Shown piece after piece: positions 1 through 14,638 of a stretch of 64,000 nucleotides of DNA. Under the pieces are notes generated by a model. It worked only from the letters and a program-made list of their open reading frames with translations, was not told the origin of the DNA and searched no databases. The DNA is from Kudoa neothunni (Eukaryota > Animalia > Cnidaria). Made by a program: the position numbers and the translations under genes. Position 1 is the stretch's first letter; each line of letters starts with the position of its first letter. The DNA is taken from the NCBI GenBank assembly GCA_964304625.1, contig OZ199840.1, positions 7,417,635 to 7,481,634 of the forward strand, given 5' to 3'.

Positions 1-1916
1 ATAATTTAAATTAACAAACGTTCTTAAAAATAATTGTTCTGTGTATTCATTAATAAATCAATAAATTTTGGAATAATAAAGGTGAAAATTAGTAAATCTA
101 ATAAATGTTTTTTATTAAAAAGAAGAGAAAGAAATTTTTCTAAAAATATTTTGTAATTACGTTAACTGACTATAAAATTTACGTATTCTTTAATTCTTTA
201 ATACATTTTTCATTTTATATTGTTATCATTTCGCATATTACTATTGAGTAACTACTGGAGGATTTTTTCAGTTATAAATATGTGATACATTATCCCATTA
301 TAATATTGTAATTTTAAAATAGACTCTAATATTTATAACGAATAATTTGTTTCTTAGTTTATAAAATTTTTGGATAAATTTATTTTATGTAAATAACAAA
401 TATTCTTTAATATCAGAAAAATTTGCTTTGTGTTTTTGAATATTTTTTGAATAGTTAAGTTGTTAGTTAAAAATCTTCATCAGTAAATAGTATAAGTTAA
501 ATGCTTAAACGTATATTAAAAAAAACTTGTCTTACTTTAGTCTTGAATAATTAGCATTTGGATAAATTTATAAATTATTAATTATTGTAACTCTAGCTTA
601 AAAATTTGTTTGCCACCGATTCTTCATTCGAAAACAATTTCGTAAATATTCGAGTTAATTTATATACATTGCTGATCGATACTGCAATAGATAACTTATT
701 ATTATAACTGTGTAAAACAGGTAAGGGGGAATAAAGAGGCGACGTGAATGCTAAATCGCCTATTACAGTACTTTAATTACAAGTTAAGATCTTAAAATAT
801 TAAATCGTAAAAACTTACTTAAATGCAAAGAATTAAATAACTATATATAATTTCGTTTAGTCGTATAAGACTGTCCACTCTAGTACATGATTGAATTTGA
901 TACGTTCTTTAAATTTAAAATATGACAAAATATTACTGCGGATAGCTGTAGATCAAAAGATGAGCCGTCCATGTGACACTCAAAAATCCTCATGTTTTGT
1001 GTAACTCTATTCAAAAGTTGTTTTTTTGAAACCAGAGAATAAACAAAATAAGTTTATTTATAATTATAAAATGTTCCAACGAATAATATGTCTACCAACA
1101 TCCTCGACGGCACACACACACACACAAAAGCCACTCTTCCTTAAGCTAATTCAGGATATACACTTTGACGATTAATCCGCTGAAGTTCCCTAGACGGCGA
1201 ATAGATGCTATGTGGGTGTGGGATTTTTACTTCGACTCTAGGGGGTTGAAGTTCAAATCTAGGCTCGATCACTTCAGATATTACTGCGCTACCGTTAATT
1301 ATTCCATGATGGAAGCTATAATTGAAGTGTACCATCAATGTTGTGTGAGACGCATCTGCACTTATGCTATATTTATTTCAGTCCAGTTGGAAGATCAGAT
1401 TTGATGTTCAAATGATCCAGAGCGTATTAATTAATAAAGAGCTTGCAATTCCACAGAGTAAGTGTCATCAAATTAGAGGGAAGTGTGTAGAGTTTAGATA
1501 TGGACGTTATTGGCCGGAACAAGGATGTTTAGGAGATTAAATACTCATCTACAACAGAATAATAAGACGAGTTAAAATATCACATGTTGTGTCAACACTT
1601 TAATACATCTTGCTAAAACTTCAGAGCCCTATAAGCTGCTCCACGGGCTTTACTAAGTAAACGAAAAGTTTGTATCTAATAAAATTCATATCCAAATTAT
1701 CGAATGAATGTAAAAAAATAGTTTATTAGTTAATCGACTTTTATTCTCTAGGGGATTTTGATTTTTGAATCCTCGCGGGTAAAACCGATTATGGAAAAAT
1801 GGGTTCAAAATTATGATTTTTGGATGCCACATCAGAAATTCAACATTTATTATGACATATTTTATAAAAAGTTTATTTTATCAATATTTTCAATTTTATG
1901 AAAGTTTTACTAAATA

Positions 1917-3978
1917 CAGTAGGTGACCGTTAATTCGTAGGACCGATAATTCGCAACTTTCCTTAAAACTTTGTCCAGTCGGTTAAATTTGTCAAATAAC
2001 GTTTATTATGAGTTGTTAATTAAATATACGAGTTATTTTTTTATTTTGTCAAATAAAAAGTTTTAAAAGTGTGTATTAACCGATAAATCGTGGTGATTAA
2101 TAATTTGTACTAATTCGTTGCACGTTTTGGTAAAAAATGACCGACAATTCGTAATTATTTCTAAATGCCCGAAAAAAGAATTCACAAATTCAGAACGCTT
2201 CAAGAGAAATATGACATAATTAAATATTGTGATAGTTTGCCGCCCTTAAATAGAAAGACGGAAACTATTAAACACTTCAAAATAGGTTATATTTCAACAT
2301 TAAATTGCACTTTAGAAAAAAGGGCTAAAATTACACAAGCATTTGAGAATCAATTGCTTCCATCCCAACGAAGATCAATGCGGAAAGGAAAAGATGAAGA
2401 AGCCTATCAACGTGTTTATGAGTGATTCATTTGGATGAGGTCGAAAAGTATCGAATTATCGTCCATCGAAATAATTAATAAAAGAAATGAGATCGGTGCT
2501 TCTGATGACGATTTCAAAAATGTTAGCTACGGATGGTTTCGCGGCTTTAAAAATAGATTCAATTAAAAAAAGTCAGCTTTCATGGCGATGCTAACATGGT
2601 ACCCATAGGATTCATCACAGAATGGAAGACTCAACTTAAAATTCTTGAAAATTATAGAGGATCAAATATACAATGTCGACGAGACCGCGCTGTTCTACCA
2701 ATCAACGCCTCCTAAGTTTTTCCTAAAAATGGTTATTTTTGTTTCGATTAGATATTTTTACACACATTAAATGAAGAATTTTTTGTTAATAGTATTACTT
2801 CCACAACATGATTATTTTGTGGGCGCCAAATGAGTACTTTATTATTTTTTCGTTATGATCGAAATTATACAATATTCTACGATTAATTATTTTTGCTTAA
2901 GTGTTTATCTATATTATTATGGGAAAAAGTTACGTTTCTGCTACTGAAAATAATGTCTTGTGGTAAAAAGTCAAAAAAAGGATTACATTACTACTTGGAG
3001 TCTCAATGAATGGTGAAAAGCTAGACCCCTTAGTGATAGGTCATCATGCCCGACCTAGATTCTTTAAAAGTATAAATACTACTTCAGTTCCCTATGAGTA
3101 CAACACGAAAGGCTTGATGACAGCAAGCATTTTTAGAAATTATCCGTTAAAACTTAACAGTATTTTCAGAAGTAGAAACAAAAAAATTGTTCTTTTTATG
3201 AACAATGCAAGTTGCCATCAACACATGGAACTCTCCAACGTTCAAATAGTATATTTTCCCAAAAACACCACATCGGTCCTACAACCAATGGATCAAGGTG
3301 TTATTCGTTCATTTAAGGCAACGTACCGGAAAAACTTAACGAGGCGACACACGCTTCGTGCAGAAATTGGACTGGATATAAAACCTCTAGATTTATGGGA
3401 AGCAATGACTCTTATTAAGGATACTTGGAATTCAATATTTCCTGAAACAATTATTAATTGTTTTTCTAAAACTGGTTTCAGCTTAAAAACATCCGTAAAT
3501 GAACCAGAAAATTCCAATAAAATTTTATCTGCAGATAGTTCCACATCTCTAGAAGAAGTCGATGAATTAGGTATCGAAGGAAGTTTATTTCCCGTATGTG
3601 ATAATTTAGAGAACATCTCATACGAGGAAATCGTTAGCGAGCCTGAAAAGGTAGAGGAGGCACCTGTGGAGTCTAAATTCACTTCTATAGATGCTCTAAT
3701 TTTTGTAGAAAATTTGAAAATATTTTTCAAAGGTGCTGGTTACTCTTTAGGTGATGAATTAGCTAAATTAGAATCATATGTGTATGAGTATATTGAAAAA
3801 ACTCAAATACAATCAAAAATAACAGATTATTTTAGAATGCATTAAAAATTAAATAATAAAATCAAAATTTTCATGTTTTTCATGCGCGCGCAAACCCATT
3901 ACGAATTAGGCGTCACTGACGTATAATTCGTAATTTTCTCCATCTCCGAGGGGATTACGAATTAGTGGTCACCGACTG
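1917..3978 (+). mobile_element. pogo/Tigger-family DNA transposon with degenerate CENP-B-like transposase
   Basis: TIRs cagtaggtgaccgttaattcgta / revcomp cagtcggtgaccactaattcgta, flanked by TA. ORFs 2165..2425 (HTH region) and 3006..3845 (DDE_1-type motifs FPKNTTSVLQPMDQGVIRSFK, ETIINCF) are separated by stops and frameshifts. Confidence 0.93.
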
Positions 3979-4512
3979 TAATGACTCTGCAAACCACCTC
4001 TTAATTCCAACATATTAAACACATTTGTAAGTCCTAATTATGAACTTCCATCATGTTGATGATTATTTCATCATCACGTTAAAATACAAAGTAGACTGTC
4101 ACGAGCACTTCACTGAATCTGTTAAATCATCAATTTTAAATTATTGATATTTATTGCGATTATTGTATAGCGGAATCTATTTCGAAGGATATCTATGTTA
4201 AGTTTGCTTGATCGAATAATTGCCAACCACTAGATCTAGTCCCATTCAGCTAATTCATGTTTCCGTAACTTTAAATAAAAAGAATAGTCGTGATTAAAAT
4301 ATATGTACAAACTGAGGTAGTTCGCTTGGTTTTATGTTAATTTGGATGTTTTTCGAGTGCATTGGAGAATATGGTGATACAAGGTTTTAGCGTGAATACA
4401 TAGAAAATATAAAACACTTGTGATTAAATGTCATAATAACATTATTATCACCATGGAAACCTGCAAATAACCTTAATTATTTATTGTTTTCTTACGAATC
4501 TATGAAAGGAAT

Positions 4513-6385
4513 GTGCGCCGGCTCCAAGAGAACAATTGTAGGATAATTTTTGAGCCGAATCTCCAAAGTGGCGGTGCTGGACAATTAGGCAATCGACAAA
4601 TTTCCATCGATACAACGCAACCAATGGACGATTTATTCAGTTTAATGGAGAAAAAGATGGAAGAACTCCACCATAGTCACGCTCAAATTATCTCCTTGAT
4701 GGAAACATTCAAAAACAGTATGAACCAAAAGGAGACTGTTTACAGAAATAAATTTGAAGAGCTAAAGACACTGTTCGATATATTCAAACAATACAAAAAC
4801 ATAACATCCAGCAACAATAAAGATGATATTAGAGAGGTGACTTCCAAATTTTCAAATACATCACTTCACGAGGTTGGTCTCATTGAACAGTTGTCAATGG
4901 AAAAATCTAAAGACTGTTGCCCACCATCAACCTCTGCGGCTTCAAATCAAAGTTTCATTTCAACTTCATTAGTTAGTCAAATATCAGAGCATTTTTCCAG
5001 AAATCCAACGCTTGCCGAAAGCCCTAAGTTAGTTGATGAAAGTTTCTATTCTACTGATAGACACAACGCGGTGAGAAACACGTCTTCACCGATGTTTTCT
5101 AACAGCATAAGCAGCAATAATTATAAGGAGAATTATTTGAAATACACCGATAGTGTTCCATTTGATACGTCAAAATCTCGGGCGAATTCTAGAGTCGTTG
5201 TTGATCAGCCAATCTACGAAGGTTTTGTTACGCCGGTAAAACCATCATTCAAAATGGATACTAAGAAAGATGAAAGAAATTCTTCCAATGAGCCAATTAA
5301 TACGAAATCATGTACTGTGGCCACTATTGGTAGTGGTGGAATTTCAAGTGAAAATCTATCGGATAGTTCCTGCATGGAGACGGATGATTCTTTTGGATCG
5401 ACACCATCATCCGTCTATTCGTCAAGGCGTTTCTACGATAAAGCGAATTCTTATTCATTCATCAGTCCACTGAGTAGTGTAAGAAGCAGTAGGGCAGCCT
5501 TTAGCACCCTTCATTATTTCGAATCTAACCTCGTGATTGATGACACAAATAATTGTTTGGCTATTAGAAAACCCTCTAAATTTTCTGGAGATTTGGAGCA
5601 AGTTGTGGTAGAAAAACTCATCAATGTAAAAGAATCTGCTCGTGGATTGTCTATATTTTATGTGATTTCTATTAAGCATTGGAAGCCGAAACATGTACTT
5701 CAATTAAGAGCTCGGTTTGATAGCTATTTCTGCCGTCGTTTATACAACTCACAACGTGTCTGCGAAATAAGGAAAATTATTAAAGTGATGACTCTGTTAG
5801 TTTGTATACAATTCACACAATTTTTAGGAATGCGAACGTATTCACCGTACAATTGGTGACACACCAAATCACGAGGGACAATCTGCTTGCTAAAGCTATC
5901 GCGGCAGACGTATTTTAGCTTTAAAATTTTGTAAATTGTCTATATTAATTTCTTAGATTAAGTTGCATAAAGACATAGTTCATAATATATTTTTTGAAAC
6001 CACGCTCAACTCTAAATTAGTTATGATAAATGAAGTAGATTTGATGTGATGTCCTAGGTTTGTTTCATTCATTGTTAGGTTCTAGAAAAAGTGGAAAGAC
6101 CCGCCAACCATTCTCGAGCCCCTCGAAGGTAGTATATTACGTTGATTGAATAATTTTTTTAATTAATTCTCTAGACAAAAATATATCCCACTAAATAGAA
6201 ATAATCAAAAGTCTATCGCACAAAATTGTCCTTCTTCCCCTCTCAACCAATCCAACTCTTCCTTTCTTATCAACGCAATAAATAAATCTTCCGATCATCC
6301 TAATAGTTCCAGTTGTATATATACTGAGAGTTTGTCCCAAAAGAGTAATAAATTTTTCAACCACTTCTCAAAATCTTCGCGTTAA
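4513..6385 (+). CDS. Spliced gene: N-terminal coiled coil, long Ser-rich disordered region, helical C-terminal domain (possibly BEN-like); start uncertain (first in-frame ATG 4624)
   Basis: 448-aa ORF 4513..5859 continues through three or four short GT-AG introns into exons NANVFTVQLVTHQITRDNLLAKAIAAD / IKLHKDIVHNIFFETTLNSKLVMINE / VLEKVERPANHSRAPR / QKYIPLN...FSKSSR* (TAA 6383-6385). Confidence 0.7.
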
Positions 6386-6574
6386 CTTCATCGACTCGAG
6401 TGCCTCATTATACGTCGACTGGCGCTTTATGTGTGGAATTTGTAATGATATTTATTTTGATTTTTGATACGTTTTATTTGTAAAACATTTTTTTGTTTTT
6501 TTGGCTGGAAAAATCGTTTTATTTTAATCTTTTCTATCAAAATGAGTTCAATTAGGACGACACAATATCTACAT

Positions 6575-7427
6575 CCGGAGTGCACAAACTCAGGCCCGCG
6601 TGAACTCTAATAAAGTTCAGACTAATGGTTTACTTTTAGATTAAGTGAAAAAAGCATTCGATTATTTAACTTCGATTGAAGTTTCTCAGTATTGAATATA
6701 TCGAGAAAACCTAATGAAGCTACTACTAAAATGTATCTGAGTTTTTTATTATATGCAAACCATTAAGAACGAAACATCAAAAAATCTCTCTAAATAGGCA
6801 AAAAGATTTATTGCTATTAGCCATTCCACCATGTGATATGGAAAAAACGTTTTTTTTTGCCAAGTTCATGTATCAATTTTAATTATTTCTTCTTGAATGT
6901 GTTTAGAGGAGAAGAAAATCATACAGATATTAGACGGATTTATGATTTAAAAATTCTCTTGACAGTGCTGATCCGAAGTTTAAGTTCAGTTAAAATTAGG
7001 TTAATAATTAAAACACGTTTTATAAACGATGCGAAATAATAATAAGGTATTTATATTGTGCTAAAAAATCTAACTTTTCGAAAAGTTTCTGTAAGAGAAA
7101 TAATACTTAAAATAAACTTTGACTCAAAGCATATCTCATATTTAATTCAGCTTATTTTTATTTTATTTCAAAGCTAAAGTGACTGATATTTGAAAAAAAA
7201 TATTGTTTAATTCAACAGGGGACGAATATTATTTGTTTGTTGTCATTCGTTATTCAATTTAAAACCTCTAGTAAACTTATTATTTATGAATTATTTTGAA
7301 TATTGCGTTTCGAAATTAGTAAATTACCCAAAGTTTGAACTATAATCTTATTTATAAATTTTCTGGCCATTGGAAGTTTTCGAAGATTAAAATTTGGCCC
7401 GAGGCTCCAAAAGTTAGTACACCATTG
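6575..7427. mobile_element. Degenerate hAT-type MITE
   Basis: Imperfect termini ccggagtgcacaaact / agttagtacaccattg, subterminal ggcccg motifs, near-TSD atctacat / gcctacat. Confidence 0.5.
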
Positions 7428-8229
7428 GCCTACATTCATCGTATGTACCGTTAAATTTTGAAGTTAAAATACATCTTAGAAGAAATGTGTTATAATAAAA
7501 ATCAAGTTTTTGAGTCATAATTAAGAAGAAAGTATTTTTAATATTGCAAAAACGGACAAATGGTCATAATATATGTATTGAAGAGTGGAATCTTCCAATG
7601 AATACACCGAGTTCATACGCGACCAGAGATAAATCTTAAACATTAATCTTCCGCGTGCTTCAAAGTCGACTATACACTTGCTGCTTTTTTGGGTCTAATG
7701 GACCCCATTTTTTTATTTCAATTTTCAATTTGAATATTTTTTTAAAACTTAATCACGTAAAAATAAAAGAATTCTATAGACAAAATCGCATAATAATGGC
7801 AAACAACATGGGCGGTGAAGTTATCCGATATCGTCCGAACAATGTTAAGGACTATATATTCTTGTTATATAAATTTTTACAAAATATTATTTAACATGAA
7901 CTTTCGAAGATATTTAAAATAATGTGTTATAAATTATCGTATATAATTAATTAGTTTAAAACTTTACGGCACAGCAAAATAGTTATCAACAAAATGGACT
8001 AAAAAGGTCTTCAATGACCAACTTAAACGCATATATCAATGTAAAAGTTAAGTTTCGTTTTCTTTGATCTTCCCTATTAATACCTGTGAGTTAAAGGGAA
8101 TGGTAGTATCATTATTTATATCTGATCGAAATAAAATCGATGCTCTGCCTCTAATTAAAAATTTATTATATACGTCAAAACAGAAATCTCATTCCGCAAA
8201 CATATGAAAATTATAATGTAATCTAGACA

Positions 8230-9000
8230 TTTATTTATATCCAATGAACTGTTAAAACAAGCACGTTCGGAATGCTCTTCGCAGCAATGCTTCTTACATA
8301 CAACACATGCATTGTCTTACGATCGCTGTTTCTGGGGCTTACAGCACATTGTTTGCGAGATTTTTTGGAACGATATCGGAGCTATTTGGATTTCCAGCTC
8401 TTGATTTAGTGACAAATTTAGCGCCAAAGAACTGCTGAAGGAACGGAACATGCTAGCGAGATTCTCTAAAAATTAGGCTCTTGATTTCTCCATCATTGAA
8501 TATGCTATTGTATAAGCAAAACGCGTTTAAGAGTTTTATGTCGATATTATAAAAAATAACTGCTGACCTGCGTACGTAATATTTTTTTAAGCTTGTGGAA
8601 ATGAAAATTCGATCAATCGTATCAATAGTTCATTTAATTATGTTATAATAATTGATGCAATCTGGCTTCTTATTTTCATCGTTCAATACATCTGTATAAG
8701 CGGTTGAATTGGCTAAAATTAAAAAATCCTTATTATTTAAGGGACTTAAGAGGCTAGAATTTTCTTTTCATTAAACAGAAAAAATGTGCTAAATAACTCC
8801 CTTGTTTTATTTTTTTTCATTATGCGCGGAACATTCCTCTTATTAGCTCTAAGTGTTCTAACCATGGTAAAACCATTTTCAATAACTGAAAGCTCTTTGA
8901 AGCAATGAATATAATAATGAGAGTCAAACATATTAGCATTACACGCAACATTTCGGAGAAAATAGCCAACCAAAAATATCTCAAAAAATCCGTTATATGA
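8230..9000 (-). pseudogene. piggyBac transposase remnant
   Basis: ORF 8746..8973 contains TLRANKRNVP (piggyBac GTxRxNK..P motif). A degenerate Cys-rich tail lies near 8250-8350. Many stops. Confidence 0.75.
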
Positions 9001-9620
9001 AAGACTCTCTGAGCTGAAACATTCGTAAGACCAGAGGCCTTACTTAAGAGTTTTCTTTTAGTACTTTGGAGGTTCTTAAGGCTTCTACAGCCCAGATAAG
9101 GTCATTGTGATCATATTCAAATAAATCAGTGACAGAATCAATCAAATCAGAGGAATCAAACGATTTCACTGAAATCAGAATCATAATCGGCGTAATATAT
9201 TTCATTGAAGGCCTCTATTAAGACATATTTTCCGTAATATGCGGGTTCGTGTGTAATCGTATAAACGCGCTGAAAAGTATATCTCATTTTTCTCTTTATT
9301 TCGTCAATAGATTTTGCTAATATTCTCAATCCCATTTTATTATAATTGTGGAGTCTATTAAACCTCAAAAGCACCAAGTGTATAGTTTTTATTCATTAGT
9401 GATAATTCATAACTTATTTGGCAGGCATAAAATGTAGGAAATTTTGATAAAAATAAATCGAGTTATAGAAATTTTAGATAATTGGAAGGAGGCAACAACT
9501 AATCTCTAATATGGTTTGGAGTTTAATAGACCCCAAAAGCACTCGTAAGGTTCAAATAGAAACAAAAACGAGCATTCAAATACAATAAAAAATTCTAAAT
9601 CTATGGTATATGCATGTCCA

Positions 9621-10742
9621 TTATAAGTACATCAATTTTTTTGGAAGAGGACGCTGCACTTTGTTCATTTTTAGACCCTTGTCTACATCCAATTTTTGGA
9701 TTTGCCTTATAGCAGCCGATTTGTCTTTGTCATGTATTCTATCTTGAAGAGATTTTTCCACAGAACCACAAGCTCGCCTCGACAACTCATAAAGAACCAT
9801 TTTTTTCAACACGCTGCCAGGCATATCACTATCATCAACTGTTTCACGAATGGTTTCGTAACTGACAGGAATTCGAGAGAGTTCATTTAACTGTTTTAAC
9901 CCCATACGTAGTTCGGGTATGATATAAAATTTGTCAGAAAATGAAGATTTAGGCTAAAATTAATTACAACATAAACGGTGTGACAATGAGATCACCATTA
10001 GACTTCGATGAGCTATTATCTTGTCATTTTTTGATGTCATGAGGCCAAGGCTTTCATTTTTCAACGGAATAATGAGGGCCATCGCGTAGTCTCTTCAACT
10101 CATCAATCACTGAGGAATCTACGTCAGAAGAAATTTTCTCTAAAAATTGATCTATCTAGACTAAACTTCAGAAAATGTTTCTTCAGCTGAAACAACTTAC
10201 AAAATTCTCAGATGGATACACATGAGATTTATCTCGCACATGTCCAAGCAAATTTTCAATATGGTTAAAAGCTTTCGAACAACTTAAACATGTAAACCAA
10301 GAATACACATATGTGGAACAGAAATCAATAAATTTTTCTACCAAATGCATTTTAACAAAAAAATTTGGGAAAATATCAATATGTTTTTCAAGCAAATGTT
10401 TTTTTCATGCCGATTATTCTCGTTTGATACGAGCAAACAAGACAACAAACCGTTTTTAATTCTTCGGCGGAATTATTGTCAACATCTTCATAGTCTGAAG
10501 AATGATCAGATTTTTCAACTTCTTGGGTGGGTCTATTGTTCAATCTTGTTTGTTGTTTTATGTGTTTTTTTCGTCTTTACATGAGCCAGGTATGCTTTTT
10601 TGGACGAGAATTCTTTTTTACAAACTTCACAATAATTTTCATTTTGGTTACTACCATCTTTTGGTGATGTACCCATTTTAGCCCAGTATATCTCAAATTC
10701 TTCCTCGGACATGGGCGGAAGCATAAAATTTTTTTCGTTCAT
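9621..10742 (-). pseudogene. Frameshifted, apparently intronless multi-C2H2 zinc-finger ORF
   Basis: Fingers CEVCKKEFSSKKAYLAHVKTKKTH, CLVCSYQTRIIGMKK/HLLEKH (across a frameshift) and CLSCSKAFNHIENLLGHVRDKSH, followed by a helical ORF 9621..9905. Confidence 0.55.
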
Positions 10743-12136
10743 AATTGAATTTGTGAAATTGCCGTTTTGTAGTGATTGGCCAAACTATGAAATGTTCCAT
10801 CATCTTTAAATTTACCACAATATCTGCATGTAGAATCCATCGTTAATTATCGGAGTGGTATCATCATGCTTCGTTTATTATCGAAGACAATTTATCTAAC
10901 AAATGCTTCTTTTATTATTCAACTTATAATTTTAATGATGTTTTAAACTACATTATTTGAGTCATAATGATATGGGATTTTGTAATATTGTCGGTCCAAA
11001 TTCCTCATGTGGCCTATCAATATAATATGGCGAAAATAATCAGCGTATGCGCAATGTTCAAGCCCCGCTGTCAGGGTAGTTTTGTTGGATAATGCGTGCA
11101 CAATATTAAACGAACGCGTATATATTTCAAAATTATTAGCTGGTAAATCTTTATGTTGATGACTATCCATTAAAGAATAGAAGGCGTTGTCTGTATGATG
11201 TTAAAAAGTTTAAAGGCATTTAATTTACAAATGTGTCACGTAAGATGGAGGCAACTAATATGAAACTTTCCACAGCCACACTTCACCGAACTAACAAATA
11301 GACAAAAGCCAACATCCAATAAATAAGCTTGTTAAAAGAATATTAAATTCCATTTTATATATTATTCCAAGTTTTCATGGTACGAACTTTCAACCTTAAG
11401 CTTAATAAAAAAAACTTAATATAATTGTACAAATGCCTTTCCTCATGAAATATCTTCAAAATTTCCTTGTTATTCGTACAACTTTTTATATCTTTAACTT
11501 TTTCTATTTATTTATGAAAGAATACTTTCTTAAAGATGAAATATTTCAAGTCCTCCTACTCAATATAATTATCCAACGACCATTTAAATTCAATTTATGT
11601 GATAGGGTCACGTCGAATCTCACGCCATTCTGAGACATCCTTACATGAGAAATTAAACAACTTCATCTATTGAATAAGAGGAAATAAATTATTATTAATA
11701 TATTTACCAAAATTTATATTTTCATCTTTCATTATTTAAAATACATGCTTATTTAGTTTTTCTATTTAAATTTTTTAATGTAGCCCTCACATCAAAAACT
11801 TTGGAGTTCTTACGTTACACGATGTATTGCTTTACTACATCCAAACTCAATACGCCTTTACTTTTAATTAAGCTGTAAAATTAAGGCATTTAGTCCTTAA
11901 CTGAAAAATTAATAAAATATTTATTTTATCTTTAAGAGAAATAGAATAAAATTCGTTTGTATTCAAACCTATCTATTAATGCATAATTAAACTTTAAAAT
12001 TTCCGCGCGTAATAAAAAGTCATGTATTTCAATCAATGAGAATGTATCAAAATATATTTCAATGCACAAATTCTATTTGGACGTGTTCAAATTATTGTCG
12101 TTCACTAAAATACATATAGAGTCACAAAATAGAAAA

Positions 12137-13399
12137 TTATACTAAATAGTTACCTTCCTCACTATCACGTTTCCAACAAGGCTCAATCTTATTTAAAAAT
12201 CCATCAGGCACGATCATTATCAAAAAGCTTAGAGCAATCAAAGTGGCAGCAATGCCCTTAAGTAGATCTGGTTCATCTTTGCGAATGATAACATCAATAA
12301 TTGCATTGATTGGGATAGATAAGAGAGCTCCGATTGATACCACAATTGAAGAAGTGTACGCGATGCCAAAGTTTATTAATAGGTTCATTATCAACGCAGA
12401 GGTTCCTCTCACGAACAGATGCAGCCATGGAGTTTTTTTAAAGGAAGGAAGCACCTCAAACTTCGTTACATGGAACACAATTAGAATAAACCAGGTAAAA
12501 ACAGTGCTAATTATTCCAATAACCACCAATGTAAACAACACGTGGATTAGTTTTCCATTTTTAATAATTCTCTTGTATATCACCTACGTTGAATTGTTGT
12601 AATTACATAATCAATCACAACGATAAACTTTGTAGAGAGCAGAAAAAAATGAAGAAGCAATCACAAGATTTATTCCAATTGTTTTGTCCAACTTGAGTTT
12701 TCCTGTGCAATAATAAAGTACTATTGCGGCTGTTGCTATAGTAACGGAAAACAGCTATCAATCAAATTTAAATTTTGCGGTTCACATCTTATAAATCGAT
12801 AACTTTGGTGAAATAGAATAAATCTTTTAGCATAATCATTGACAGAATAAATACAAACACATTGGATGTAGAAAATAAAGCAGATATATCAGTAGGGCTT
12901 AGATATTGGAATGACTTCAAATAGGTATAATTAGCCCCTAGCCAGAGAATTGTAAAACCAGTAAGAATTAGAGACACTCGCTTGTATCGCGGTAGATCTG
13001 AGATATTTTTCCCGTCAATAAAGTTAATGCATTCGCTAAATTTAAATTTAGAATTAAAATAATATATGAATCCACAAAATGATTAGGTGTTAATCCATAG
13101 GATTATTGTTGTTTAGTGACTCACTTGCAAACCGTTTTGATCGATTTTATTTCATTAGAGAATTTGTAATGGTAGATAAGATAGAAGGGAATCAGAAACA
13201 AATTGAACATGGTTGTAATGTAGGTAAAGAGGAATGTAACATCCAAATTCTCCATAGAGGTTTTTTTGACAACCTGGGATCCAGTGACCATGGTAATCGA
13301 TATTCCTAATGCAATTAGACAACTGTAGAGCGCTTTTACCAGATCATATTTGTATAAAAACGCCCTTAAAGAGGATTCATTTGCCTGAAGTGCCTCCAT
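12137..13399 (-). CDS. SLC35F3: SLC35F3/F4-like EamA/DMT-fold transporter (putative thiamine transporter), paralog 1, 4 exons
   Basis: Exon ORFs 13121..13399, 12789..12977 and 12137..12583, plus a small exon near 12627-12754. Motifs ANYTYLKSFQYLSPTDISALFSTSNVFVFILS and NLLINFGIAYTSSIVVSIGALLSIPINAIID. GT-AG junctions present. Confidence 0.88.
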
Positions 13400-14638
13400 T
13401 TGATTAATCCTCCAATAGCGATCACACCTAGACCTTGGGCGAGGGTTCTCCGACGATTATCTACTAATACTCATCATGTGTAAAGTTTTAAAATATCGAG
13501 CACCGAGACATTTAAAGCACCATATGAAGGATTATATGTATTAAGTAGCATGATCTACGTAAAGCCGTCAACATCGTAAATTATAGCTGTACCTTGTTTA
13601 TAGTTAACTAGCGCTAAAGCCCAGTTTTTCCTGGTACAGTGTGATGGAAAATTTTAACTTTTAATTTTATTTTCCTATTTTAATCATTGCATTTTAAAGC
13701 TTGTCGTTATTTTTGCAATGTGATGATTTAGAAAAACAAAATTATGCCCCACTTTATATTCAAATATAAATAGAGGTATTGAGGGAAATTAATGAGTATT
13801 TTTAAGTTTGTTTTACAAATGATTGGCCAAAACTATGATGACCTTAATTTTATGAGCAATTTAATTAACGATTAAAGTTCAGTTATTTATGGAACAAAAT
13901 CATTAAGTAACTTAAATAGGACTTTCAGTTCTTTTCAAAATTTTGCGATAAAAATTAATCCTTTTAGTTATAAAATTTATTATTAGTCTACAAACGATAA
14001 AAAAAATAAAATCAACCTAAGATGCCTCCGAAATATAAATATTAATTGTTACTCCTTTTTTCGCAATTTTATAATGATTCCAATGATGTTTTGAAAAGCT
14101 GTGAGTGGTAACTTACATATTCACAATTGTAACAAAATTTCCCTATTTATAAATAAATCTAACCTTGCTTTTTATCAAGAATACTTACTGGTTCAAAAAT
14201 ATACACATTTAATTAACAAAATTCGATTAAATCAAAAATGTAAGGGTGTTTTTGTCTGAAGAATTACAGTAATGCTTAAATATCAATTGGTTTTCTCGAA
14301 GGAGTGCAGCCTTAAAAAAATACGTACGGTTTTATTGCCCTACAAAAATTTCTTCGTATTGAACTATTCTTAGATTAACGAAAACTTTGTGATAATATCG
14401 GTTAGATCGAATAGACCAATGATTTCTTATTAACTTACATGACACGCATTGAGAAGGGACTGTATTTGTATGCAGCTTTTATATCATAATGAATTAATGC
14501 GAGCCTAAAGAAAACAGTATATTGATTTGAATATTAACCTCAAGGTCTGGGGTAAGGAATAATTAGGATACATATAGAGACTCAAATTACTCCAACGTGG
14601 CAACAACTTGTTATCTCAAATTATGTGTTTTATTTAAG

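Noticed and set aside
1141-1620. GC-richer segment with short overlapping ORFs after a CA microsatellite
   Set aside because: No recognisable motif or termini; probably an old repeat fragment.
3293-3730. Antisense ORFs such as 3293..3730, 12243..12602, 49215..49442 and 61007..61234
   Set aside because: Shadows of real coding regions on the opposite strand.
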